This document shows positions 25,639 through 37,629 of a stretch of 64,000 bases of DNA, piece by piece. The notes below the pieces were generated by a model. That model searched no databases. It saw only the letters and a program-made list of their open reading frames with translations, and had not been told where the DNA came from. The stretch spans positions 89,147,857-89,211,856 of the forward strand of contig NC_083407.1 of assembly GCF_020745735.1 (NCBI RefSeq), read 5' to 3'. Within the stretch, counting starts at the first letter, position 1, and each line of letters starts with the position of its first letter. Position numbers and translations under genes: made by a program. Origin of the DNA: Hemiscyllium ocellatum. Its lineage: Eukaryota.

Positions 25639-27478
25639 CTAGAAGTCTCTCATTCGCCTGAAAGACCCGATAGTTGAGTTGTAGCCTCCCCAGTCACTGT
25701 ATCTCCTGTATTCACCGGGTCTCATGAAGTACTGTCGCCCTCTGTAGTTGGGATGTTCATAGAAGGTCCAGTAACCGTCCATCACATGGCAGGAGTGGAT
25801 GTCACGGTAACGGAAACGATCGTAGACAGATGGACAGTCATCCATGAATTCCATCATCTGTCCTCCAAAGTCAGGCCTCTCATAAATCCTCATTCTGTAG
25901 GAACCTCCTCGGTACTGCAATAGAGAGAAATGAAACATCGTGAAGCAGCTATAATTGTATTCCATTATGAAAAAAAAATTATTGTAAAGTAGTTGCGTTA
26001 TGCTTGTAAAATTGGCAGCCATTTTGATGAAAATCCTCCACCCGAAGCATTAAGCAGTCTTTTTGGCTTCTAAATATGGGCAGGACTATCGTATATGTTC
26101 AACACTTTGTTGGTTTCATGGATGTTCAGCAGTATGGTATCAATTTTAGTCCTCAGATGTAAGAGCTGCAGCATTTTGGATTGAAATTCTACTCAAGACA
26201 ACTGTGAGAAGTGGAAACCAGCATGTGGTATCTGAATACCAATTTGATATTCAGCTGATTATTGACATTTAATGGGAAGACAGTGAAAAGACTCAACCCT
26301 TTGAATCTCTTCCAACATTGCATGAGATCTTGGCTGATCTGTCACCTAAATCCCCGTGTGGTGTGTAGTGAGTTACTCTTGGCTGCACTACTTAGGAGTG
26401 AAGTAAAAGAAAGTCTGGGGCCCTTGTCCATGCAGTATTTTGTGGCAAGTTGCTCAAAATGTCATGTTATTTCTATCTATCAAATGTTTGAAGACCGGAA
26501 CCAGTCAAGTCAGATTTCAAACAGGTTTCCAAACCTTGATTAATTTAAATATTCCGGCAAACTACTTCTTTATTTTAAGAATCGTTTTACTAGGGGCTTA
26601 CTCAGAGATTGTGGTGCTGGAAAAGTAGAGCAGACCAGGCCTAATCCAAGGAGCAGGAGAAGGGCCTATGCCCGAAAATTCAATTCTCCTGCTCCTTGGA
26701 TGCTGCCTGACCTGCTGTGCTTTTCCAGCACCACACTCTCGACTCTGATCTCCAGCATCTGCAGTCCTTACTTTCTCCTAGCTCGGAGATTGTTTTGACT
26801 GGTCCCTGTGTTTTCTATGGAGGATGAATGGAAATCCGCCCATTCCCCGACCAGTGTTTCCAGCAGTTCCATCGATTTCTCACAAAAGTTACAGCGATAA
26901 ATCAGGTCAGTCCTGAGGAATTGCTATTATGAATGATACGGCATTAACAAACAATTGAAACTTACAACTTTCAAATTTGGATGAATGATAAAGAATTTGA
27001 TGAAAGGAAAGTGGGAATGCAAAACAATTGCAATAGCTTTGATTCAATCCATAAAGGATAAAGGAACCAACAATTACAAACATAAGTTGATTGACTTGTT
27101 CATTTTGTCTGGAAAGACAATTAATTTATGACTCACATATGGGTAGGAGCGACATGACCTGACACAGTCATTGAATCCCATCCAGCGCTGGTAGTCAGGA
27201 TACTCTCCCCTGGTCAGAACATACTGGTATCCCATGTAATTGGGTTTCTCATACAGCACCCACCAGTCACTGTCAACACGGATGGAGTTACAGCGGCTGA
27301 AGTAAGGGGACAGGTCGGCACAGTCACTGCTGCACTCATAGTGCCGTCCCTGGAAGTTCCTGTCCTCGTAAAAGATGATCTGTGGAAAGAGATAGATTTG
27401 TGTTATAATCTTGTCAAGCTAGGAGGTATGTAATAAACAATTCCAAACAAATTCTTAAGTTTCTCTTGCCTTTCCCAT
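25639..27478 (-). CDS. cryg: Gamma-crystallin gene 3, join(27470..27478, 27137..27379, 25639..25914), 175 aa; GC-AG intron 1
   Basis: ATG GGA AAG|GCAAGA; exon 2 ...[15 protein letters not shown]...RSYPY|GTGAGT; exon 3 open; TATA at 27536-27543; AATAAA at 25585-25590. Confidence 0.95.
26610..26782. mobile_element. Short Penelope-like inverted terminal repeat in intron 2 of gene 3
   Basis: gtggtgctggaaaag...cttttccagcaccac arms; gggcctatgcccgaaa remnant; interrupts a block shared with intron 2 of gene 1. Confidence 0.7.
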
Positions 27479-27535
27479 TTTGAGCTCTGTTTGCTGAGTA
27501 ACTGATCGAATGTGTCACTGCTACCCACAGCTTAG

Positions 27536-27722
27536 TATTTATAGGCTGGACAAAAATGTCCCCCTGGGCAAGACTTTTGTTATTTTAATGATTGCAACAG
27601 CACAAAAGCCACAAAACTCATGACATATGCACTTACTGTTTGAAAAAAATATTTTAAGGCATTTGTATGTCACCGGTTGCATTCTGCCTCCGTGTGATTT
27701 TAATTGTGTGAAGAAGATAACA
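27536..27722 (-). promoter_or_regulatory. Promoter of gene 3: TATA, CTTTTGTGCTGTT element, distal block
   Basis: TATA at 27536-27543; aacagcacaaaag at 27596-27608. Confidence 0.7.
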
Positions 27723-30445
27723 ATGGGTTACATTCCCAATGCTATATCTGCATAGAAGCTCTCGAACTGTTCCCATTACCTAATTGCCCAGCTCCATTTC
27801 CAAAAGGTCAGTGTCATAACTAAAGCTGACTCCAAATTTGGTTAAGGTGCGGATGCACATTTCTGGAAGTGATTGCTTTACAAAGTGATATACGCAATTG
27901 CTGATTTATAACTGACAGTACATTTAGTTTTCTAATTGTGCTCCATAGACCTTAAGCATTTATCAATGCACATGATTGCATGGTGAAATTACAATGTAAT
28001 GTTGAGGAGTGATGTTTGTTAAAGCTGATTACAGTCCATACCCATTTTCATGTATTAATGAGTATCCTATTGTTATGTATTATCTTTCATTTAGTTTTAA
28101 ATTTCAGTTTTGCTGAAACCAACTGGGTGCAGTAAGCAGAGGGGAAGGGGAGATGGACTCTTTTGTGGTTATGAAAAGAAAATCAAGGAGAAAAGATGCA
28201 TGAATGAATGAGTGAATGAATGATTTTATTGTCACATGTTTTATAGTGAGAAAAACAGTAAAATACAGTGAAAAGCTTTTGCACTGTTACCACGATCTGG
28301 CACCATTTTGAATTGTTTAAGAATAAGGATATAAAAACAAGTCAATGGTTCCTTCTCAACAGGAATGATGGGCTTATGCCCGAAACGTCGAATTTCCTAT
28401 TCCTTGGATGCTGCCTAAACTGCTGTGCTTTAACCAGCAACACATTTTCAGCTCCTTCTCAACAGGAATCCAACGTTGGTTTTGCAGATGTCATGTATTC
28501 AATTCCAGGAGATATTAGGCTCAGAAAGAGAAATTCATATAGAATCATTGAAACCTCTGGTGTGGTTCATGGTCATTCATCTCTTTGTGCCTGCTCAGGT
28601 TTTTGAAAGAATTGTCCAGTCCAGCACGATTCTTTATAATTAATCCAAATTACTGTGGGTGCTGGAAATTTGAAGCAAACACAGAAAATGCTGGATAAAC
28701 TCAAAGTTCTGTAGAGAGCAACACAGCGATAATGTTTTTAGTTGAACCCGACTCTTCTTCAGAACAGAATAGCTTTGGGATATTTTAAAAAGACACTTTG
28801 ACAGGAGCGGAGAAGGGATGAAGGGAAAAATGGTGTGGGGGCCTGATACAAAAAATAATGGGTTTGTTAATGGTGGTGAAAGAGGAAAGGAGGAGTGAAG
28901 TACATCTTCATTAAGGTGTTAAAGGGAGGGAATGGGTCCTCCCTATTGAGAGGAAAGTGGGCAAGACATAATGTTTGTTCTTCATTTTCTTACATTCTCC
29001 ACTTTCTGCTCCCTCCTCCCCACTTCCCCTCCCACCCCCACCCCCACCCCCATATAAACCTGTCTTGTTTGCATCTTGTTTGCATTACATCGAGTAGAAA
29101 GGGCCCAGACTCTCCCTTTTTGGACTCCTCCTCAGTCCTAAATGGCCAGCCTGGTATCCTCAGACTGGTTCTGGATTTCCCGATCATCGGGAGTCTTCTG
29201 TCAATTCCTGTTAGAATTTTGTGAGATTCTCCAAGCTCTCCCTATCATTTGATAAACTCCAGTGTACATAGTCCTAACCAATCTAGTCTCCCTTCATACA
29301 TCAGTCCGGCTATCACAGGAGTCAGTCTGATAAACCTTTGATGCTCTCCCTCCATAGTCAGGACATCCCCAGTTATTCAATACTCCCATACTCATTGCAA
29401 GGGGCTTTTTCTATCTGCCTTAGACTGAACACTCAAAACAGTGCAGTTCAATCCATTAAGGCCTATATACTTAAAACTTCATGTTTTATACATAACCTGT
29501 AGCTACAAATTTGGGTCTTAACTGATGTGGGTCAGACCCCCTTCCCTTCTATCCCATTATCAATATCAGACTTTGAACCAGTTGAGTAATGAGGTTTGTA
29601 TCAGCATTTCTCAAGTATGTTCCTTTATCAAACTGTCTCCATATGAGCAGCAGTTGCATTTTCACTTCTTATTCAACAGAATCTTTGTGTATGCATTTCA
29701 CAAGACCTTTTGTGTTATATTGTGGTCTCATAACCTTGGATATAGTCCTTCTATGAAAGCATCTAATTACTCCAGCTTAAAGTTTGACTTGAAACAGCCA
29801 ACTGTGCAAGCTGCTGTTTCAGCTAACAATCTTCCTCAGCTATTTCATGTCAACTGTGAACCACTTTCAGCCATCTTGTGCTGCCTCAGCCATGGACAGC
29901 CCGATCCGATGATATGGCAGGGAGATAAGGAAAAGGAGAAATCTAAACTCACTGAGTTGTACCAGCAGAAAGCCGGCATGGTTACAATGGGATGAATGTC
30001 CTCCTTGGGTTCTGTAACTATTCAATAAGTTTTTATGATCTGCTACTAAAACCCTTCTGCCTTGTTAACCCCTGGACTTGGCTATCACAATATGATCCTG
30101 GCTGGCCTCCTATTTTGCACCAGCTGGATATCTGAGGTCAGCCAAAAATCTGGGTTTCTCCAGCACTTGCTATATACTTTTCAGATCTCAAGCATCTTCG
30201 ATTCTTTGATTTTATCAAAATTTTCGCACTTCTTTTCATATTCCTCAAAAGCCTCACATTTCCATATCTCTGTAATCTTGCCTTGCCCTACTACCTCCTG
30301 AATATCTCTACTCAGTCAGTTCTGGTCTCTTGAATATTCCAGATTGTGATCATTTTATAAATGGCAGCCATGCCATCAAGCACAAAGGCCTATGTCTGAA
30401 ATTTGCTCTCATAAGTTCTTTCACATCTCTTCATTTAAGCTACTT

Positions 30446-32520
30446 AGAGTCATAGAGATGTACAGCATGGAAACAGACCCTTCGGTCCAACCTGTCCATG
30501 CTGACCCAATCTAGTCCCACCTGCCAGCACCCGGCCGATATCCCTCCAAACCCTTCCTATTCATATACCCATCCAAATGCCTCTTAAATGTTGCAATTGT
30601 ACCAGCCTCCACCACATCCTCTGGCAGCTCATTCCATACATGTACCACCCTCTGCGTGAAAAGGTTGTCCCTTAGGTCTCTTTTATATCTTTCCTCTTTC
30701 ACCCTAAACCTATGCCCTCTAGTTCTGGACTCCCCCACCTCAGGGGGAAAAGACCTTGCCTATTTATCCTATCCATGCCCCTCATAATTTGTAAACTTCT
30801 ATAAGGTCACCCCTCAGCCTCCGCCCTCTGGGGAAAACAGCCCCAGACTGTTCAGCCTCTCCCTGTAGCTCAGATCCTCCAACCCTGGCAACATCCTTGT
30901 AAATCTTTTCTGAACCCTTTCAAATTTCACAACATCTTTCCAATAGGAAGAAGACCAGAATTGCACACAATATTCCAACAGTGGCCTAACCAATGTCCTG
31001 TACAGCATCAACATGACCTCCCAACTCCTGTACTCAATACTCTGACCAATAAAGGAAAAGTACCAAACGCCTTCTTTATTATCCTAGCAACTCTACTTTC
31101 AAGGAGCTATGAACCTGCACTCCAAGGTCTCTTTGTTCAGCAACACTCCCTAGGACCTTATCATTAAGTGTATAAGTCCTGCTAAGATTTGCTTTCCCAA
31201 AATGCAGCGCCTCACATTTATTTGAATTAAACTCCATCTGCCACTTCTCAACCCATTGGTCCATCTGGTCCAGATCCTGTTGTAATCTGAGGTAATCCTC
31301 TTCGCTGTCCACTACACCTTCAATTTTGGTGTTATCTGCAAACTTATTAACTGTACCTCTTATGCTCACATCCAAATCGTTTATGTAAATGATAAAAAGT
31401 AGAGGGCCCAACACCGATCCTTGTGGCACTCCACTGGTCACAGGCCTCCAGTCTGAAAAACAACCCTCCACCACCACCATCTGTCTTCTACCTTTGAGCC
31501 AGTTCTGTATCCAAATGGCTATTCTCCCTGTATTCCATGAGATCTAACCTTGCTAATCAGTCTTCCATGGGGAACCTTGTCAAATGCCTTACTGAAGTCC
31601 ATATATATCACATCTACTACTCTGCCCTCATCAATCTTCTTTGTTACTTCTTCAAAAAACTCAATAAAGTTTGTGAGACATGATTTCCCACGCACAAAGC
31701 CATGTTGACTGTCCCGAATCAGTCCTTGCCTTTCCAAATACATGTACATCCTGTCCCTCAGGATTCACTCCAACAACTTGCCCACCACCGAGGTCAGGCT
31801 CACCAGTCTATAGTTCCCTGGCTTGTCTTTACCACCCCTCTTAAACAGTGGCACCACGTTTGCCAACCTTCAGTCTTCCGGCACCTCACCTGTGACTATC
31901 AATGATACAAATATCTCAGCAAGAGGCCCAGCAGTCACTTCTCTAGCTTCCCACAGAGTTCTCGGGTACACCTGATCAGGTCCTAGGGATTTATCCACTT
32001 TTAACCATTTCAAGACACCCAGCACTTCCTCCTCTGTAATCTGGACATTTTGCAAGTCTTCACCATCTATTTCCCTACATTCTATATCTTTCATATCATT
32101 TTTCACAGTGAACACTGATGCAAAACATTCATTTAGTATCTCCCCCATTTTCTGTGGCTCCACACAAAGGCTGCCTTGCTGATCTTTGAGGGGCCCTATT
32201 CTCTCCCTAGTTACCCTTTTGTCCTTAATATATTTGTAAAAAACCCTTTGGATTCTCCTTAATTCTATCTCATGTCCCTGTTTTCCTCTTAAGTATACTC
32301 CTATTTTCTTTATATTCTAAGGATTCACTCGATCCATCCTGTCTATACTTGACATATGCTTCCTTCTTTTTCTTAACCAAACTCTCAATTTCTTTAGTCA
32401 TCCAGCATTCTCTATACCTATCAGCCTTCCCTTTCACCCTGATAGGAATATACTTTCTCTGGATTCTTGTTATCTCATTTCTGAAGGCTTCCCATTTTCC
32501 AGCCATCCCTTTACCTGTAA
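30446..32520 (-). mobile_element. CR1 (HER1-like) LINE, ORF2 RT through 3' UTR, frameshifted
   Basis: QHGFVRGKSCLTNFIEFFEEVT...[59 protein letters not shown]; tail ctctatgactct. Confidence 0.95.
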
Positions 32521-33285
32521 ACTTCCTAAAATTGACTCCTTTGAGCATCTTTGTGGTCATATGTCCTAAAAACTTTTTATATGATTCGGTGGTCAATATG
32601 TTTAAAAACTCTTACAAGAGATCTTTGGATATTTTCCTTAACTGCAGACCCTACAAAATGGCAGCGTGTTGTTATGGTTGCCCACAGGAGAAATTTTCTA
32701 AAGCCTCATATAATTTTGCTTGAAATGTGCACCTTTGTTTCACATTTCCTGGGAAAAGTGGAAGGTTAAAGAATTAATTACCTTGGTACATTTGCTCCTC
32801 ATTTGTAGTGAAATATAATTTCAGTGTTTGCTTTCTATTGAAGTCACCAATCAAATAATTATTGTCATACTGGTTCACTTAGTATGGTTTAAAGGTCTTT
32901 AAATGCACCAGAGTCCAACTGCAGAGGTGAACCAAAGGCCTCTGAACCAACCAGAGGCCAAATCCAGAGCTTCGTTATAAATTCCTGCACAATGTCTGCC
33001 AAGTCCTTCTCAGGCATTGTGCAGCAGGGAATGGAAGAACCAGAATGTAGTGTTATGAAGGTGTGGGTGTACTGCACCTTTAAGAGAGTTAAAACCCAGT
33101 AGAACTACCTGACAGCACCAAGTGTTCTGAGCAAGAAGCAATGTAACATTTGGTCGAACAGCTAGATTAGGTGGATTGCCTGGAGACGACAAAACAAATC
33201 CAAATTTGACCAGTCATTTTAAATTATACCCCTAAAAAAAAACAAACTCCAATCAAGTTTGAATTGAGTATATTGACAATCCAAG

Positions 33286-33548
33286 TCAATTCCTGACTCA
33301 GGCGACTGACTATGTGGAGTTTGCACATTCTCCCCGTGTATGCGTGGGTTTCCTCCGGGTGCTCCGGTTTCCTCCCACAGTCCAAAAATGTGCAGGTTAG
33401 GTGAATTGGCCATGCTAAATTGCCCGTAGTGTTAGGTAAGGGGTAAATGTAGGGGTATGGGTGGGTTGCGCTTCAGCGGGTCGGTGTAGACTTGTTGGGC
33501 CGAAGGGCCTGTTTCCACACTGTAAGTAATCTAATCTAATCTAATCTA
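33286..33548 (+). mobile_element. HE1/V-SINE, 5'-truncated
   Basis: V-domain gtggagtttgcacattctccccgtg...gggtttcctccgggtgctccggtttcctcccacagtccaaa and (aatct)n tail. Confidence 0.9.
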
Positions 33549-33823
33549 AAAAGCCAAAGACACAATCCAATGCTTTGGGGGTATAAGACAGGGAAAAATT
33601 GAACAGTTCGGGGAGAACTGCCAAAAGACCAATAGATGTAGGCTGCTAGTAAGAACTCTATGAGAGGTACCAGTCTACAGAAGGAGTTTGCAGTGAGAAA
33701 AAATCATCGACACCGACCTAGAGAGTAAATCTACAGAGTAAGATACAACAGCTGGCTGGCTTTGAAATTCAAATTTTTTGGTAAATCTTACTCGATGGTT
33801 TTATCAGACTAGTATTATAGAAG

Positions 33824-34073
33824 CTGAAAATGTGTTGCTGGAAAAGCGCAGCAGGTCAGGCAGCATCCAAGGAACAGGAGATTCGACGTTTCGGGCATAA
33901 GCCCTTCATCAGGAATGAGGAAAGTATGTCCAGCAGGCTAAGATAAAAGGTAGGGAGGAGGGACTTGGGGAAGGGGCGATGGAGATGCAATAGGTGGAAG
34001 GAGGTCAAGGTGAGGGTGATAGGCCGGAGTGGGGTGGGGGCGGAGAGGTCAGGAAGAAGATTGCAGGTTAGGA
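33824..34073 (-). mobile_element. Young Penelope-like terminal fragment with a 13-bp TSD
   Basis: TSD agtattatagaag at 33811-33823 and 34074-34086. Confidence 0.85.
33881..33916 (-). ncRNA. Minimal type-I hammerhead ribozyme motif (Penelope-associated), core intact
   Basis: Minus strand: AUUC CUGAUGA A GGGC UUAU GCCC GAAACGUC GAAU. Stem I AUUC/GAAU, stem II GGGC/GCCC, palindromic ACGU in place of stem III, GUC cleavage triplet. Confidence 0.78.
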
Positions 34074-35134
34074 AGTATTATAGAAGGGAAAGTAAAAGAT
34101 AGGTGAGAGAACGGAGTTTTAAATTGTTGTTAGTTAATTATTCATTGTTATACTTTAGGATATAAAGTTGTTCATTTTTACTTTAATTAGCTCTTGGCCT
34201 CTTGAATTTTCCCAGATGACTGCATGGGATAATTATTTTTCTGTGTTGCTGACTTAAATTAAGCAGGAGGGTTTCCCCCATGTCATAACAATAGCATGTT
34301 CCATTGTTTTTAATTCATTTTGTGAGATGTGGGCATCCTGGCTGGCCAGCATTTATTGCCTGTCTCTAGTTGCCCTTGAGGAGGTGATGAGCTGCCTTCT
34401 TGAATCACTGCAATCCACCTGCTGTGGGTTCAACCACAATGCCATTAAAGAGGAAATTCCAGGCTTTTGACCCACTGCAAACGAAGGAATGGGGATATAT
34501 TTCCAAGTCAGGATGATGGGTGGCTTGGAGGGGAACTTGCAGGTGGTGGTATTCCCATCTATCTGCTACCCTTATCTTTCTGATGGAAGTGGTCATGGGT
34601 TTAGAAGATGCTGTTGGAGACTCTTTGGGGAATTTCTATACTGCATCTTGTAGATAGTACGCACTGCTGTTACTCAGCATCAATGGTGGAGGGAGTGCAG
34701 GTACGCATAAATTTATAGCGTAAACATTGGAAGTTGTTGATCCCATAACCTGCAAAATGCCTCAAGCCTCAAGAAAGTTGGAAATAATCATCATTGAGGC
34801 GGGTTCAGCTTGGATCATGAACAGTTCCTGCTTATTGACTGCAGAAACTCCCAAAAACATCAACAGGCGATGGTACTGGTGGGCCATTCATAATGCTTCC
34901 TACTTGACCCTGGCATTTTCTCCTTTTTCAATTATTGACTTTAATGATGATCATGTCACTGCAATCACTGAGGTAAAGTATTCTCAATGAAACCGCCAGA
35001 TACCAGCACTATTCTTAACTATTTTAATGAGGAGCCAAGAATGAGTGAATTGAAAAGAAGACAGGGTCATAAAGCATATTTTATTATGTTGACAAATAAT
35101 TCAACAAAATAAAGTAATGCATTATTGTTGCAGA

Positions 35135-36460
35135 CTAAAAGTCCCTCATTCGCCTGAAAGATCCAATAGTTGAGCTGTAGCCTCCCCAGTCACTGTATCT
35201 CCTGTATTCACCGGGCCTCATGAAGTACTGTCGCCCTCTGTAGTTGGGATGTTCATAGAAGATCCAGTAACCGTCCATCACATGGCAGGAGTGGATGTCA
35301 CGGTAACGGAAACGATCGTAAACAGACGGACAGTCTTCCATGAATTCCATCATCTGTCCTCCAAAGTCAGGCCTCTCGTAAATTTTCATTCTGTAGGAGC
35401 CTCCTCGGTACTGGAATAGAAAAACATGAGAGATTTGTGATGTAGCTACAAATATATCTACAATTGATGCATGTGTGACTGGTGATATTTCATGCATATA
35501 AACACAAGTATATTGATAGCAGTAGACACCTTAATGTAGTTCTAGTTGCTCTTGTGGGAAGACTTTTTTTCCCAAGTGCCAGCAGCTTTCTCTTTTATGT
35601 AAACTTTTCATTATTTACAGTTAAATGAATGGGAAGAATACAAACATCTCCATCGACAAGTTTTATGACTCAGGTTTTATCCAATTATCCTTGTTACATT
35701 CTGCAATGTCAATATGCTAATTTAACTTTCAGTTCGGAATATCAGAGTTGTTATTTGCAAACGTTTCAATTATATCCCAGATGATCATCAGCTTTGCAAC
35801 AGTACATCAGTATATGATGCAGTACTAACTTCCCAGCTTGCACAAGTGTTGACTGAAGAACTACCTATATAACAAGTATAGTGACAAAGTTTTGGCAGTG
35901 ACAGAAACACAATTAGTGAATTGGTAAATCAAACTGGTTGTGTCACAGTCCACTACATATTACCATCATTTATGAAAATTAAAATCAATCCTGTGAAAAT
36001 AAAGATCACCTTTACATCTCATTCAGACAAACCCAAATGTTGAGTGCATTAATCATTATCTCAGTGTCAGTTTGATCAGAAAGTACAAACCACCAGAAAT
36101 AACTTACGTATGGGTAAGTGCGACATGACCAAATGTTGTCATTGAATCCCATCCAGCGCTGGTAGTCAGGATACTCTCCCCTGGTCAGAACATACTGGTA
36201 TCCCATGTAATTGGGTTTCTCATACACCACCCACCAGTCACTCTCAACACGGATGGAGTTACAGCGGCTGAAGTAAGGGGACAGGTCGGCACAGTCACTG
36301 CTGCACTCATAGTGCCGTCCCTGGAAGCTCCTGTCCTCGTAAAAGATGATCTGTGAGGGAAGAAACAGGTTTGTAAATTCATGATTTCTCAAACTTTGCT
36401 ATTCCTAATAGAAAATTTTAATACAACATATGAACTCAAGATAATCCCTGCCTTTCCCAT
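35135..36460 (-). CDS. cryg: Gamma-crystallin gene 4, join(36452..36460, 36108..36350, 35135..35410), 175 aa; GC-AG intron 1
   Basis: ATG GGA AAG|GCAGGG; exon 2 ...[13 protein letters not shown]|GTAAGT; exon 3 open; TATA at 36516-36523; AATAAA at 35080-35085. Confidence 0.93.
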
Positions 36461-36515
36461 TATGGGTTCAGAGTTGGCTTTGCGACCGAATGTATTACTG
36501 CTTCACAGAGCTTGA

Positions 36516-36716
36516 TATTTATACACTGCGCTGAAATGCCCACTGTGCATTTCTTTAGTTATTCAGACCATTTCAATGAGTTGAAACCACTACAAATGCT
36601 ACATCACACCTGACTTATACAGTAAATGCAAAGAAAACATTCAAAAGGCACTTTAGTATTGTTTTTCAGTGTTTTGCTTCCATTTCAATTTAATTCTTGC
36701 ATAAAAGAAGATAACA
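36516..36716 (-). promoter_or_regulatory. Promoter of gene 4
   Basis: TATAAATA at 36516-36523, at the same distance from the ATG as in paralogues; distal block at 36673-36716. Confidence 0.65.
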
Positions 36717-37629
36717 ATACACTGGAGGCCATTGTGTACCCTATTCTATGCTTCCACTGCAATTCTCAGTGTCATTGCATGTTCAAAAGGATATGTTCCC
36801 AATAGTTCAATATAATTTAATAGGTCCACTCTCAAACTGATTAACACATAGGCAGGCATGTCTGGAGCAGGTTACTTAAATTATTACTCTGTAAGTAAGT
36901 TTGTTTTGATGTGTAACTGTTAATGTACTTTCATTCCAAATTAATCATCTACTAGTGAACTGCACTAATTATATATGGTATTTTATCAACATGTTATTGT
37001 ACACTTTTGGTTCCATACACTAATGAGCATCCTTTTGTTACCTATTATTTTCTCCTTTGCTCTTAATTACACATTAGTTGAAGGGAGATTTGAATAAAAA
37101 ACAAAACAACAAAAAGGCAATGATAGTTTGATGGAAGAAAAATTCAGAATGTACATACGTGGGGACAACAGATTGAATTATTTACTGCTTACAAAAAGGA
37201 AAGAGTGAAGAAAAAGCTTTGGAGTATCTTAATTAAAGAAGTACAGATCAACTAAAATCTGGTACATTAATGCCATGATCACAAATTTGGTTACCAGAAC
37301 TGACACCTTTAGCTCAAAAGGTAAACATAGAATCATTGAATCTGGCAGCACAGAATGTGGTCATTCGTCTCATTATAACTATGCTACACTTTTAAAGAGA
37401 ACTACAAGTGGTTATATTCATCTGCTCTTTTCACACAGCCCTGTAATTTCCTTACCTTTTCATGTGCAATCAAAGGTCCCCCTGCTCCCACATCTGTATC
37501 AGAGTTTATATTTTTCTTTAAAGTTGGGACCTATTACAGAAAGTTCATACATAACCTGGCCTGCATTCTGGCATCCTGCATCAACTCCTGAAAAAGGGTC
37601 AGCATTGGAAATGTTTGCATTGCCAAGCA

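Larger units (their letters stand above)
33051..34290 (+). mobile_element. Solo LTR with nested SINE and Penelope insertions
   Basis: Termini TGTTATGA...TCATAACA (8-bp inverted repeat); flanks gtag/atag (4-bp TSD with one mismatch); TATAA at about 33582. Confidence 0.7.

Noticed and set aside
29525-29995. 156-aa ORF
   Set aside because: No recognisable domain, splice context or paralogue; consistent with a chance ORF.
36012-36392. Single-exon reading [18 protein letters not shown]... (and 59701..60000, 5528..5980)
   Set aside because: The start lies in intron 1 and, at least for gene 4, is TTG. The true exon 1 (ATGGGAAAG) with a TATA box lies upstream.
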